Source: the human T2T-CHM13v2.0 reference genome, Homo sapiens
DNA length: 64,000 bases
Reading direction: 5' to 3' (one strand)
Assembly (NCBI RefSeq): GCF_009914755.1
Contig: NC_060926.1
The notes under the pieces are model-generated. The model ran no database searches. It saw only the letters and a program-made list of their open reading frames with translations, and was not told where the DNA came from. Shown here piece by piece: positions 49,801 to 63,373 of this stretch. Position 1 is the first letter of the stretch. Each line of letters opens with the position of its first letter. Position numbers and translations under genes: made by a program.

Positions 49801-50919
49801 ATGTGTGTTCTTGTCTTAATTTCCTCACTTGACAATAACACTAATATGTACAACCTACACCTTACTCATCCTTGCATCTCCCACAGAAACCAGCACAAGG
49901 TCTTCTACTTAAGAGATGATCAATAAATATTTGTTAAACGAATTAAATGAAAGCAACAGTTAGCCTGTTAAAAGGGATGGTCATTATTTTAAAGGCCCTG
50001 AGGAATGGCTTATATGTCTAGCACCTAATCAAAAGCTGGTGGACCACAGAAGGAAGACCAGGGAGTGGAGGGGGCAGCCTTGCACCTCTGCATATCTGCT
50101 GCCCCTGTAAACTCACGGAATGCCCAACTCTTCAAGACTCTACAGAACAAAGCTACAGTGTCGGGTGCTGAATGAACACCTTCACCTTTTTCCAAGTTCT
50201 CCAGTCTTGCTTCAAACCAGAAATTGGAAGTGGAATTAGAGGTGGAAATTAGGGCCATCCTTTTCAACTTTAAGGTATGGCTGAAAAAGTTGAAACAGCC
50301 ATCTGGATAATTCAGGCTCAAAAAACCCATCCTGAAGAGTAAGTATGGATGTTTCTGAGTGGCAGGAAGAGCGTGCAAGAAGGCAAAGGAGGTAGTTGTG
50401 AATTATCAATTGATTGTGTATATTGATTATATTCAACAGAACTGAGCTTTTCCCTTTATATTTTCTATACAGTCATTTGAGGACACTCTCTGTGACTGCA
50501 AGAATAAACTAGCTCAGATTCAAAGCCACAGTCACCACTAATAAATTCCAATTTGTTCAATTGGAAAATGATGTCCATCAATTAGAAAAAGTTCTTAGGG
50601 ATTAAGATTCTCTTTTGCCATTAATCTGTACCTCCTCCTTCCTCCTTCAAAAAAGTTTTTCTATGATCAATCAAAGGAAGAAGTTTTCAATGGTCTTTAA
50701 AATGTATATTGCTCTAATACAATAATTCATAATTAACAGGTATACTTTCCTAACTATGGTAGTTTATTTTCAAATTTTTAATTTTAATACCATTTAGGGC
50801 TCTCTCTCTTTGTTATTTTAGTAGGACCTTAACTTCCAGTCCATCGAGGTTTTGTTTTGTAATTAATTTCAGAGCTGTCCTTATAAGCTGAGAGATATTT
50901 GAAGTACTCTAGAAAATGG

Positions 50920-51350
50920 CAATTGTCTGACTGGATTTGAAGTCAGATCACTGGGCTTTGAAGCTAATTTCTGGTTGAAATATGGCTGCCCCATTTTTAG
51001 ATGTGTGACTCTGGGCAGGTTACCCTATCTTCCCATCTTCAATTTTCCTATCTTTAAAATGGAACTAATAACAGTACTTGCTTTATAATTAAATGAGCTA
51101 AAACATGTAATGTACCCAGAACAGTGTCTGATAAATAATACGTGTTCAGCAAATGTTAGTTTTAAAAAGTCTGCTGTCATCTGTTTTATGACCTCAGTAA
51201 AGTCATTTAACAGTTCAAAGCTTCTATTTCCTCATCTATAAAATGGAACTACTACCACTTACTTACCCTTTCCAGGATTAAGAGATTCAAATAAGAAAAC
51301 AATGGATATGAAAGTACTGGACACACAGAAAGTTCTCAAATATTAGTTAT
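50920..51350 (+). mobile_element. Two tandem MIR fragments
   Basis: tgtgtgactctgggcaggtta...aaaatggaacta core appears twice. Confidence 0.6.
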
Positions 51351-53613
51351 TTTGAACCATCTATAAGCTTAAAAGTAACCATAAACTTAAAAATTTACGT
51401 AAACCATAAAACTGAGAACATAGCATCCAAAAATTCATCTGTGAGAAAATGTCTAAACATATTAGAAATGCATACTCAAGCTTGGTTTTTCTTTAACTTA
51501 TCAGAAACATATAAGCTTTTGTAAAATGTAATTCTACATCTGCAAAACTAGAAACCCTCCCGGTCAAGCCAAACTGTCCTAGTATATTGTGATCAAGAAA
51601 GTCTACATGCCTTCATAAGCCAAAACTCGATGCACTCATTAAAATGTGATTGCACGTACATCAACTTTTTAAAAAACGTGTAAGTTTTTGTTTTTTTAAA
51701 AGTAATAAATGTACTGCTAATGTAAATTTCAAGTCAATTCAACAGATATTTATTCTGTGACACTGCTCCAGGGTAATTCAGCTGGGAACTAAGGATGCAA
51801 AAGGAAACAGAGCTCAGGTTCTGTGCAGGAAGACCCCACAAATTACGCTGATAATCTCAAAATATTACTTATGAAAGTCATAAGGGGGTTCGCTTTGAGT
51901 CAGCAAGCAGACAAGCAGCATAAAAATATACCGAAACAGTAAGTTCTTCCCTTTGACTGAAAAACTGCCTTTTAAAAGCAAACAGCATTTTAAAAGTACA
52001 GTTGCTATCTGGAAAGCTATTGAATTTGCGCCAGAAACCAACATTTCTAAATGTAAACCTATAAAATAATAGGTATCTGTAAATGAAAGGCTGAAATAAC
52101 CCCAGGAGCAGCAACACAGTAATTAGCAACTTTTACACAGTCATAACATGTTTCATATTCTTTCTGCCCTGGCTCTTTGAAGTTTCCAGTGCAATACGTA
52201 AAAGTTTTATTACATTAGGGCCCGTCCTTGTGTGTTTTACAGGCACCAACATTATGCAGAGCAAGCTGTACTTACTCATCATAGGATCTTTTATAAGAAA
52301 CCGTTCGATAATGTGCTAGCTTTGTGTCCAGTTTATTTTGTTACACCTGTCTTTAGGAAAATAAAAGTCACTGGAAACCTAAATCACAGAAAATACACAC
52401 AGATCCACATATCATCTATATGAGTTATAAATCATAAAGCAGTTTAGCTTTAAAATTGTACATTGCATATTCATGTGCACATCACATGCAGTTTTAGACA
52501 CATGTGAACTCTTTACTGAATTAAAGCAAAAGGAAAAAAAAAACAAGCTCAGCTCTACAATAAGCGATTACCAGAGGCAGAACAGAGTGCAGTTAATATG
52601 CTTGTTCCAGCAGATGTTCATCCCCGTAAATATTAAACATAACACAAGTTCCTCCAGGAATATGCAGGCAGTAATTTTACCACCTGAATAGTGCTGGTTG
52701 GAAACATTTAAGAGATAGTGGGGGGTTGGGGGGAGCAGAGAAAGAAGGGGGAATAAGACAGATACTAAAGCAGCCAATGGGATTTTTAAGACACCCGCAA
52801 CTGGAATTAAACTGCTTCCAGCGGCGATTTACCTACAGCAGCTCCCCAGTGTGAGATCCCCGAGAAACGGAACCTGGAGTGCCCCCCGGGCTGCGAGCTG
52901 TGAGCGTGGCACAAAGGGATACCCGGGGCGCCCGGGTGGGGTGGGGAGGAGGAGTGCAACTGTGACGAGGTGTGAAGAAAGGGCCCAGAGGAACTGTGAA
53001 CCCCGAGGAAAGGAGTCTCCCTGGGCTAAGGCCTCTGGAATACCGGCACGGAGAAACCCTCGTTTCCCGCCCTGGATGTTCACTTTTCCATCTCGGTGGA
53101 AGTGGGTGGGAGAGACAGAAAGGATGCAGCCGAGACCGGGCGCAGGCGGGGAGGCTGGAGCATCCTCTAAGGGCACTTCGCAGCAGCACCAACTCCAGGG
53201 GGTCGGTGGTGCCAGCCGGAGGAGGGAGGGGGCGCAGTCGGAGGGAAAGGAAGTGAGAGGAGCAGGGGGCCGACGGGTGGATCCCCAGGCATTAGTGACG
53301 CAGTCTTCAAATCGCTTCTTTTCCTCCCCACGGCTGCGCTCTGCCCCTGGCTACCTAGATCACCAGTCCCTGGGCTGGGGCGGGCCGCCGCGAGGGAGGC
53401 GAACAGGAGAGGGGGAAACAGACGGGCAGGCGGCCACGCATCCCACCCGGGGAGGCAGAAAAGGGCTGGCGAGGCAGGCGCCCCCGACCCGACCCACCCC
53501 ACCCCCACGGCGGCCGGCCGCCCGGAGCCCCCGGCCCAGGTGAGGACGCGCGGGCCGCCGCGGCCGCCCCTCGCCGCTCCCGCCCGCCCGAAGCGGCCGG
53601 CACGGGGACTTAC

Positions 53614-53742
53614 CACAGTGACTCGAGGTCCCATTCCTGGAGCAGGGCTAAGTCGAAGCTGTCCATGGTGGGAGGTGTCAGCGTCGCCGCCGCCGCTGCC
53701 GCCGCTGCCGCCGCCGCCGCCGAAGCTCGGGCCGCCCGCGCG
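53614..53742 (-). pseudogene. AFF3: Duplicated AFF3 (LAF4) start-codon exon: 5'UTR with interrupted GCG repeat plus 53 coding nt MDSFDLALLQEWDLESL-TG
   Basis: Strong Kozak CCCACCATGG (ATG at 53666); peptide matches the recalled AFF3 N-terminus; acceptor CTTTCGTCGCAG ending at 53743; donor TG|GTAAGT at 53608-53613; no further AFF3 coding exons seen in the window. Confidence 0.88.
53686..53721. repeat. Interrupted (GCC/GCT)12 in the 5'UTR of the AFF3-derived exon
   Basis: gcc3 gct gcc2 gct gcc5. Confidence 0.9.
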
Positions 53743-53880
53743 CTGCGACGAAAGGCGCCGCTCAAGGTGCATCCCAGCCGCGCCAGAGCGGCCGCCGCCC
53801 GCCCCCAGGTCGGGGCTCCCGACGCCCCCCGCCCCCGACTCCGGGCCGGCCGGGCTGGCTGCAGCGGCCGGCGCACTCAC

Positions 53881-53960
53881 CCGCTCCCCGGCTTGCGCGC
53901 AGGCACACTCAAGAGAGAGCAGCGAGCTCGCCGCGCCGCCGCCGCCACCGCCCCCGGCCC
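53881..53960 (-). other. Putative upstream first exon of the AFF3-derived promoter (5' end uncertain)
   Basis: Consensus donor CGG|GTGAGT at 53875-53880; 138-nt intron to the acceptor at 53743. Confidence 0.6.
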
Positions 53961-53961
53961 T

Positions 53962-53993
<32 letters not shown>

Positions 53994-54048
53994 CCCGCCC
54001 CGCCTGGCCCCCGGCCCCGCCCCCGGCCCTGCGCCGCCGCCGCCGCCG
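53929..54048. repeat. GCC/CGG tracts (including GCC x10 at 53964-53993 and GCC x5 at 54033-54047), positioned like the AFF3 FRA2A repeat
   Basis: Read directly; about 220-300 bp upstream of the AFF3 ATG exon. Confidence 0.85.
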
Positions 54049-55220
54049 CTCCTAGGGTTCCGTCTGCTCATCAGACAACAGATATTTATTGAATGTAAGT
54101 AGTTGCTGAGGTTTTATGCTTCACTGACATTCTACCCCCTGGGAATGAGTGTTCCTGGGAATGTGCATTTCTTTCCTTTTTTTTTTTTTTTTTTAACAAA
54201 ACCAGGTTTTTCCCTAAGGAATGCACCTTCCCCAAAGTTTCCCGCATCCTCCTGCCTACATAATTCACTTATATAGTCACTATGACATTAATTAGATTCA
54301 GAAGTCTGTGGAAACAGCAGAGCTCGGCAGGGTCAGAGGGCAAGCAGGGCAGAGAAAAGAGAGGGGAAAATGAGCCCCGGGAGAGGGGAAGGAAGTGGAG
54401 GGAAGTTTTTCATGCCCTTCAAGTACCAAACAAAACAAAGATAATTTCAAAAGTGGTCAGCCACTATAACACTGCTTAGAGAATTAAAGTATTGACAAAT
54501 TGAAGAGTGCTTTAAAATAAAGTGGATGGGGCATAAGCATGTATGTCTTGGTGTTAGTTGCTCCTTATACAGCCGGTACTAAAGGCTGGTGGGTGAAGCT
54601 TACTACATTTTAAAAAGAAAAAGGCAGGCACACATACTAAAGTTGAAAATGCAGGCAGGAAGGACATTTACTTTTCATAAAAGCGGATCAGAAAAGCATC
54701 TCCTATCACAGATCATGTATTTTATGCCATGCTGACCAATGTTGGGGGATAATCTCATTATTTTGTGATATGAGAAGATCCTTTGATGCTGGTAACAAGA
54801 ACCAATCATCCTGACTTAAATCTTAATATCCCCACAGGTTCTTTGTCATGCGTCTTCAAGATGTGCCCTGGCCATTCATGCAAGTTTCAAGGACTCTGAA
54901 TCTGTTGAGAAAAAGAGGTTACGTTCCAATTCTGCTTTAGTTCCAACCCAAATGCTGAGAAACACTCCATGGAATTTAATTACAGGGCGATAACTGTGAT
55001 CTTACCAAGATTTATGAACAGGAAGATCCTTGGTGATTGTAGTCAGTCAAAGGGTGGCTTTGACATAGCACCTATCTGTTAGGGCAAATACTGCCAGGGA
55101 AAAGGTGACATTTGGAATCATCTGGGATTGGACTCTTGATCAATAGATGCGAAATGTCAGGTGGACATGAGAACTGTTGGTCTTTGGTACATATGTGTTG
55201 CAATGAGTAAGGATGAGTAA

Positions 55221-55624
55221 TGTGAAGGAAAAGTAGAATCTTGGGACCCCAAACTCACTATGCCAAAGGGAAAGTTAAGCGTGGGAGACTGAGTCAGGCA
55301 AAAACTGCCTTCCTTTTGTTCCCAAATAGATGGCTGTAATTTCACATGCTTGCGTTATGTGAAATGTGGATTCATTGAGTGCTAATCAGAGCCCCACAAG
55401 AATGAAAGCACTTGCCTTGCTGCCTACCCTCCCTCCTCTTTTTTCTTCCCCTCCTGCTTGCTCTTTTCCCTTTAAATAATGAAGTTCCCAAAACCCTCTT
55501 TGGAAAAAGCATAGGTCACAGATCCTATTATAACTTGCATTTCTTTTTCCTGGGTACATTCTCAACCTGGGCAAAATAAACCTCTAATCAACGAAGATCT
55601 GTCTCAGGCACTTTTTGGTTTAGA
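55221..55624 (+). mobile_element. Solo ERV1 (MER4-group-like) LTR
   Basis: TGTGAAGGAAAAG...GGGACCCCAAACTCACTATGCCAAAGGG; AATAAA at about 55575; GTAA target-site duplication. Confidence 0.7.
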
Positions 55625-55939
55625 GTAAAAATAAGGAGACGTGGGAGCATAGAGTAGAACCTGGGCTTGGGGTAGGGTAGTGACTGTGTGTTCAGACTGA
55701 AAAGAAAAGGCTCTGATAACAAGGAAAAGCCTCTTCTCGCTGGTCAGACAGGAGACATATTCCAGTAAAACCTGACTCTGGTGTCCACCTCTCTCAAGAC
55801 AAACACATGTAGAAATTTGAGATAGAGATAGGCAGAGCTTGGTTTAAATTCTAGCTCTGTCATTTTGTAGCATGAGACTTGGTCACATTCATAAAGCTTT
55901 TAGAACTTACTTCATGTCACTTGTTATATGGACAGCTGA

Positions 55940-56305
<366 letters not shown>

Positions 56306-58559
56306 TAATGCTATGGGGATTTTTTTCTCTTTTGGGGACTTCACTCAAGGAGTTGTCTTCCCACCCTGTTCATGACTCATTATCACTATCTGTCCATGCA
56401 ATACATCCAATTATTAACGTTGTTCTGGAAAGTAGTCTACTGTTGGCAAATGCTTCAAAAACATAAATTATGAAATGCTGAGATGTTCCTGCCAATGATA
56501 ATTACTAAGGCAGAACTCCAGCTACCATTTTACTAAGATTTCCAAAGGAGTCAAATATCCCCCAAAACTAAGCTCTTTCCTTCTGTATTCTATGAGCTCC
56601 ACTGCCGTAGGATGACTGTGAGACACAGCAGTGGCATTAGAAAGGGCTCACTCCCGCTTCTTTTTGGTAAAAGGGGTTTTGTTGCTAAACTAGCAGAGTG
56701 AACCACTGAACCCTCCAACAGGGGATGAGGCTTTGAATTGTTATGTCCACTGTTAAACAGATTCCAAATGTGCTTGGCTGCACATTCAGGCCCTGGGGCA
56801 TGGAGCTGGGATTGAGGCTCTGGTGCTGCCTGAACCCACATGCTGGGGAGTCAAGATGATTGAGGGCAAGTGCATTGGAGGGTGGGGGTGGGGGGAGCGT
56901 GGGGGTGGGGGACAGGGCAGGATGGAGAGGAAGGGGGTAGGGTGGGACAGGACAGGGAGGGTGAGGGCAGGGCACAGCAGGGAGGTGGTTGTTCTGCAGG
57001 GCTGGGTGAGTGTTAGGGAAAGAATGCTAATGCACCTAACCAAGAAGTATTAAGTCACAAAGTTTTGTTCTTGGTTGTGCAAAGAAGAATCACCATGTGA
57101 CATGAGTCAGGTCCTCCTAGGAGTTGCCATCAGGGAGGGAATTATATGATATCCCTGAAAACCAGGTCTAAGCAAAGCATACAACACTATAATTGTCCTC
57201 TTATTTTTCTATAAAATGAGGATTTTCACATGTTCCTTATGAGTTGCTGTAGCCAAAGCCTTCTTCCTTGTGATCTGGGAAAAAAGGGTTCCTCCTGTTT
57301 GTCTTAGATCACCCTGCAGGTACATGTGGGTTGGAGCTGGTGTCACTCACTCCCAGATGAAGGCTTGGAGGTCCATGAAGGGGTGAATAAGACCAGGGTC
57401 TCATGGTTTCTTTATCCTTCTTCAGCTTTGTCTGCTTAGTTTTCAGACCATCCTGAAGGAGAATGTGGAGGAAGACAGGTGGCAGCCGAGTTCCTGACAA
57501 GGAACCCACGGGTGCGTGGGGACTTGCTCTTTCTCCTGAGTTGATTACCCTTTGCCAGCAGACGAGCACATTTCTCCTCTTGGCCTGGATCTTCTATTAG
57601 TAAGGGTGTCCGGGAAGTGTTCATGCAAGTTCTGTTTCTCCAGAACTCTGGAATGCTCATGGCAGATCAAGAACTCATCATGAGATCATGTCCTTCCCAA
57701 CATGTACATTAATTTTTTCATTCTCCGTTGAGGATGTCCTTTCAGGGAACATAAGTGAAGGGCTGTCTTTTTCTCATCCATCCAATGCTGTGTTAGGGAA
57801 ATGACTCACTCAATTAACCATGTCAGTGGTTGCAGGGGTCTTAGGTGTGTGGTGACCACAGGTAACAGGGATGTGTGACAGCAGGTGCTGAAGGTCGGGT
57901 ATGGAGGTAGGTGTTTCATCAGGTGCTCAGCCCGTCAGGCCAGGCAGCTTCCACATACGCCACTTTGTCTCTTTCCTCATCTGTTTTCTTTCACAGCACT
58001 TACAACTGCCTGAACATTGTTTATTTACTTAAATCTAGTTTATCAACCACTAGAACACGTCTTCCTGACCACAGTTTTGTGTCTTTATTACTACTCCATC
58101 TCCAACATTGAGAACAGTGCTGGGAACTCAATGACTATTTTTTTGAATAAATAAATGGATTAAATTTTTTACTAAGTGACAATACTGTTTTAAGCACTAA
58201 GCTAGGGTTTGAGACCATAGTAATAAAAATATAGCCATTTTCTTTTCCAAATAGAACCTAGATTGTTCCAATGGATCTTAATTTTATTGCATTAATTATG
58301 AGAATAAATTCCACAACCCACTGTGGAAACATTTAAATCTTCACTGCTGCTGAGACTCAGGGGCTTGGTGTCAGGGGTTTTCCTTCCTGCTCCAGGGAAG
58401 GGCCCTCAATGTCCTTGGTGTTCAAGGTGCTCTTCCCCGGGTGCCCTTCCATGCTCGCCTTGTCTTGTTGGGAGCCTGCCTTAGATCTGAAGATCACACA
58501 CAGTTCTCACACAGAATTCAAAATCCATGCAACTTTGCCCAGAGAGCATCAGCTCTGCA

Positions 58560-59310
58560 AGTCATTCATGATTTCCCAGTTGAAGCAAGAAGCAATGCTG
58601 TGGAGGGAAGGAAGGATTTCTCCAGAGCCCAAATCCAGGTGAGCTTCAAAAACCCTTGGAGTTTTCTGAGTGACAGCAGTGTCTTAGAGATGCTAGTGAG
58701 GTGACTGTGATGAGCCCCTAGATAGCTTCAGGATGGGGACAGGTCACCAGAAAGATCAACTATGCAATTACAGGGTTGATACTTTGACCCAGCCCAACCT
58801 GGGGGTGGGAGGAGCAGGAGATTGAGTTTGATTATGTGGTCAATGATTTAATCAACCAAGCCTACATAATGAAACCTCAGAAAGCTCTCTAGACACTGAG
58901 GTTCAGGGGAGCTTCTAGGTTGGTGAACACTTTGCTGACCAGGAGGGTAACCAGCAGTGACTCCATGGGGAGAGGGCACACAGCTCTGCATTCCCTCTAG
59001 ACCTCACCCTATACATCCCTTCATGTAGTTGTTACCAAGTTGTATGTTTTATAATAAACCTGTAATCATAATTATTGCTTACTCTTGAGCTCTATGAGTT
59101 ATTTCAGTGAATTATTGAATCTGAGGGGAAATGAAATGAAAACCTCTGATTTTATAGCCAGTTGTGTAGAAGTACAAGTGGCTTGGGCCCCCCCCCCCAA
59201 GGTGTGCCTAGCATCTGAAATCTTAAGAACAGCTTTGTGGGAATGAGCCTTTAAATATGTGAAGTCTGATGCTAACTCTTGATAGTTAGTGTCAGAATTG
59301 GATTTCCATA
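58560..59310 (+). mobile_element. MER21-like LTR
   Basis: Recalled motifs ttaatcaaccaagcctacataatgaaacctc, gagcttctaggttggtgaacac and tagtgtcagaattg. Confidence 0.6.
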
Positions 59311-59652
59311 TACCCCTGGTGTGGTTAAAATGGAATAGGGGAACATCAGATAATGTATACTGGAGAAGGAAGTGAAATAAACATAAGAAACCCTTTACAA
59401 AAAAAAAAAAAAAAAAGAAAGAAACCCTTTACTCACAGAGCAACTCTTGTAGGACACACAAGGATTCACGTAGTACAGAACAATTTCAGTGTAACTAATG
59501 AGGGACAGGGCCCAGTGATCACTCATTCCTCAGTCAGTATTACAGTTCTCACAGCGGGGCAATACTAATCCTAAAGTCAAAGTGGAAAAACTATCTGCTG
59601 GAATTCATCAGAAAACTCAAACCAGGAAAAAACTCTATCAAGAACCCTTTAG

Positions 59653-61829
59653 GAAGTCCTAGCTAGAGCAATCAGACAAAAGAAAGAAATAAATGGCATC
59701 CAAATTGGAAAGGAAGAAGTCAAATTATTCTTATATATGACATGATCTTAAATTTGGAAAAACCTAAAGACTCCACCAAAAAACTATTAGAACTGATAAA
59801 TTCAGTAAAGTTGCAGAATACAAAATTAACATACAAAAATCAGTAGCATTTCTATATGCCAACAGTAAACAATCTGAAAAAGAAATCAAGGAAATAATCC
59901 CATCTACAATAGCTACAAATAAAATAAAATATCTAGAAATAAACTTAACCAAAGAAATGAATGATCTCTACAATGAAAACTGTGAAACACTGTTGAAAGA
60001 ATTGAAGAGGACACAAAGAAATGGAAAGATATTCCATGTTCATGGATTGGAAGAGTCAATATTGTTAAAACGTCCATACTACTCAAAGCAATCTACAGGT
60101 TCAATGCAATCCCTAACAAAATACCGAAGACATTCACAGACATAGAAAAAAAATCCTAAAATTTTCATGGAACCACACAAGACCCAGAATAGCCAAAGCT
60201 ATCCTAAACAAAAAGAACAAAACTGGAAGAATCACATTACCTGACTTCAAATTATACTACAGAGCTATAGTAATCAAAACAGCATTGTACTGGCATAAAA
60301 ACAGACACATAGACCAACGGAACAGAACAGAGGATCCAGAAACAAACCCATACTCCTGCAGTGAACTCAGTTTTAACAAAGTGCCGAGAACAGACATTGG
60401 GGAAAGGATGGGCTCTTCAATAAATGGTGCTGGGAAAACTGGGTATGCAAAGGCAGAAGAATGAAACTAGACCCCTGTCTCTTGCCACATACAAAAATCA
60501 AATCAAAATGGGTTAAAGACTTAAATCCAAGTCCTCAAACTATGAAACTACTCCACAAAAACATTGGGGAAACCCTCCAGGACATTGGCCTAGATAAAGA
60601 TTTTTTGAGTAATACCCCACAGGCATGGGCAACCAAAGCAAAAATGGACAAATGGGTCACTTGTTTAAAAGCTTATACACAGCAAAGGAAACAATCAACA
60701 AGTAAAGAGACAACCCACAGAATGGGAGAAAATATTTGCAAACTGCTCATCTGACAATGGATTAATAACTAGAATACATAAGGAGCTCAAACAACTCTAT
60801 AGGAAAAAAATCGAATAATGTGATTAAAAAATGGACAAAAATTCTGAGTAGACATTTCTCCAAAGAAGACATATAAATGGCAAACAGGCGTATAAAAAGG
60901 TGCTCAACATCATCAGTCAGCAGAGAAATGCAAATCAAAACTACAATGAGATATCATCCCACCTTAGTTGGAATGGCTTTTATGCAAAAGACAACCAATA
61001 ACAAATACTGGCAACAATATGGAGAAAAGAGAATCCATGTTCACTGTTGGTGGGAATGTAAATTAGTTCAACCACTATGGAGAACAGTTTGGGGGGTTTC
61101 TCAGAAAATGAAAAATAGAACTACCAAATGATCCAGCAACCCCACTGCTAGGTATATACCTAAAAGAAAGAAAATCAGTGTATTGAAGGGATATCTGCAC
61201 TCCCATGTTTATTGCAGCAGTATTCACAATAGCCAAGATTTGGAAGCAGCCCAAGTATCCATCAACAGACAAATGCATCAAGAAAATGTGGTGCATATAC
61301 CCTACGGAGTACTATTCAGCTGTAAAAAAGGAATGGGATCCTGTCATTTACAACAACATGGATGGAACTCGAGGTCATAGTGTTAAGTGAAATAAACCAG
61401 GCACAGAAAAACAAATTTCCCATATTCTCACTTATTTGTGGGAGCTAAAAATCAAAACAACTGAATTCATGGAGACAGAGAGCAGAAGGATGGTGACCAG
61501 AGGCTGGAAAGGGAAGTGGAGGGTGAGGGGAAATAGGGGTGATTAATGGGTACAAAAATATAGTTAGATAGAATGAATAATATCTAGTATTTGATAGCAT
61601 AACAGAGTGACTATAGTCAACAGTGATGTATTGTACATTTTAGAATAACTAAAAAAGTATAATTGGGTTGTTTGTAATGCAAAAAAAGTATAAATGCTTG
61701 AGGGGATGGATACCCCATTTACCCTGATGTGATTATTATGCAGGGCATGCCTGAATCAAAACATCTCACATACTCCATGAATATGTACCTACTACATGCC
61801 CACAAAAATAAAATTAAAAAATTTCTAAA
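59653..61829 (+). mobile_element. 5'-truncated L1MA-like element (ORF2 RT to 3'UTR, 2.2 kb), ORF disrupted
   Basis: L1 ORF2 peptides ([22 protein letters not shown]; [17 protein letters not shown]); 13-bp TSD AAGAACCCTTTAG at 59640-59652 and 61830-61842. Confidence 0.92.
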
Positions 61830-63373
61830 AAGAACCCTTTAGCCCACAATTCATTTAAGAACTCAGAATTTTGCCATGTGACTCAATTTTTAAAAGTAAG
61901 ATAAAAATAGGAATTGTGATATTATTTGGGTTATTGAATGCAAAATTTTGTGACAAGTAATAAGTGATGAGGTTACAGATTAAATACTTTTCAATAGATT
62001 GATACTTTTCAATACATATGCAGCCAAAGTTGCTGAAAAATACCATATGTTGGTCAGTTTCTAGCTTTTTATGCAGCTCTAAACATAATTTTATTAGTAG
62101 AAATTTGGATCCATCAGAAAATGACTGAAAATGAACTGAGAGACACAAAATTATGCATCTTAACCATTATATTAGTATTATGTGTTCATACACATGGCAA
62201 ATATTTATATGAACATGGATAAATAATGCATAATTTATGAATGAAGTCTGATGTTAATATAATTCCTCCTTTAAAATGTCAAACCTGTTCATACTTTCCC
62301 ACCTACACTGCCATGGTTATTCCTCACCTTGACAAGCAGGAGAGGGCAGGGAGAGGAGGCTAGGAGGGAGGAAACAGGCAGAAGGAGACGCCGCAGGAGC
62401 ATGCAGTATGCGGGTGAGTGTCCCCAGCCGTACTGGGGCAAGGATGGACTGGTGGCGGGGGATGAAGGGCAGTAGGAGCAGAAAGAAGGAAGAGGGCTGC
62501 ACAGGCAAGGCACTGATGGGGCAAATGAGGCGGTGAGGTTTAGTATCGAGAGCATCACAGCCACAGAGGAGAGGAAATGCAATGAAGATGTGGGTGTGTT
62601 GTCCTGGGAAGCTCACGCCTCCTCATGAGGGTGCTACCAATTCTTGTGAGAATCAGATCAGCTGAAGCATACAGAGCACTCTCTCTGCTGAACAGCGGGA
62701 GCTCAGTTCCTGTTGTTTCCCTCTCTCATCTCTCCCAGTTCTTTCTGATAAACCTTGAGCTGCTCCTCCTTGTAAATTAGAACCTCCAACTTTCTAAGTT
62801 GGAAGGGGACTGAAAGGCTATTTTGGTAGACACAATTCTAAGACAGTCCCCCAGATTCTGTCCCCTGGAGTCCACTCCTGTACAATCTCCTCCCATTGAG
62901 GGGGGCCTGGACTTCTGAATATATTGGGATGTCATTTCCCTAATTAGATAACCTTACATGGCAATGCTGGAGGTGGCAGGGGTGGGGGGTGGTTGCAGAT
63001 ATATTTAAGGTCTATAGTATTCTGACTGTGATATAATCAAGAGGTATATTTTGTCTAATTAGAAGAGTCCTTTTGAAGAGAGTCTATGGGTCAGAAATGA
63101 AGGAAGTCTGAGAGACATTCCTAACACTCAACATAAATCAATTGGTAATTTGAGGTTTCCAGTCATTTGTTTCACATAAATAGAACTAACAGAGGTATCT
63201 AGACTCCTCTGCCCTGTTCCCTGGATCCTAGTCCTAGTTTTAACCAGTTACTAAATCCTTGTCAACAAAGGATCATCCAGCCTGTTCCTAAACAATCCCA
63301 ATGTAGGGACCTGACTGACACCTAAGGTAGATTAATTTGGTTTTATAAATAGGGTTAATAATTATAGTAGTGG

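Larger units (their letters stand above)
52820..54062 (-). promoter_or_regulatory. CpG island / AFF3-derived alternative promoter
   Basis: GC- and CpG-rich, several GC boxes, contains the AFF3 ATG exon and GCC tracts. Confidence 0.85.

Noticed and set aside
52820-54062. The genuine AFF3 gene
   Set aside because: No downstream AFF3 coding exon (VYEPDRNALRRK...) is visible, an RGPD gene lies 34 kb downstream, and the island is cut off at the repeat
52829-54102. Overlapping 115-237 aa ORFs in the second CpG island
   Set aside because: Low-complexity products expected from GC content; only the 17-codon AFF3 segment has recognisable homology
59764-61390. Reverse-transcriptase-like ORFs as an active element
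   Set aside because: Fragmented, frameshifted ORF2 of an old truncated L1
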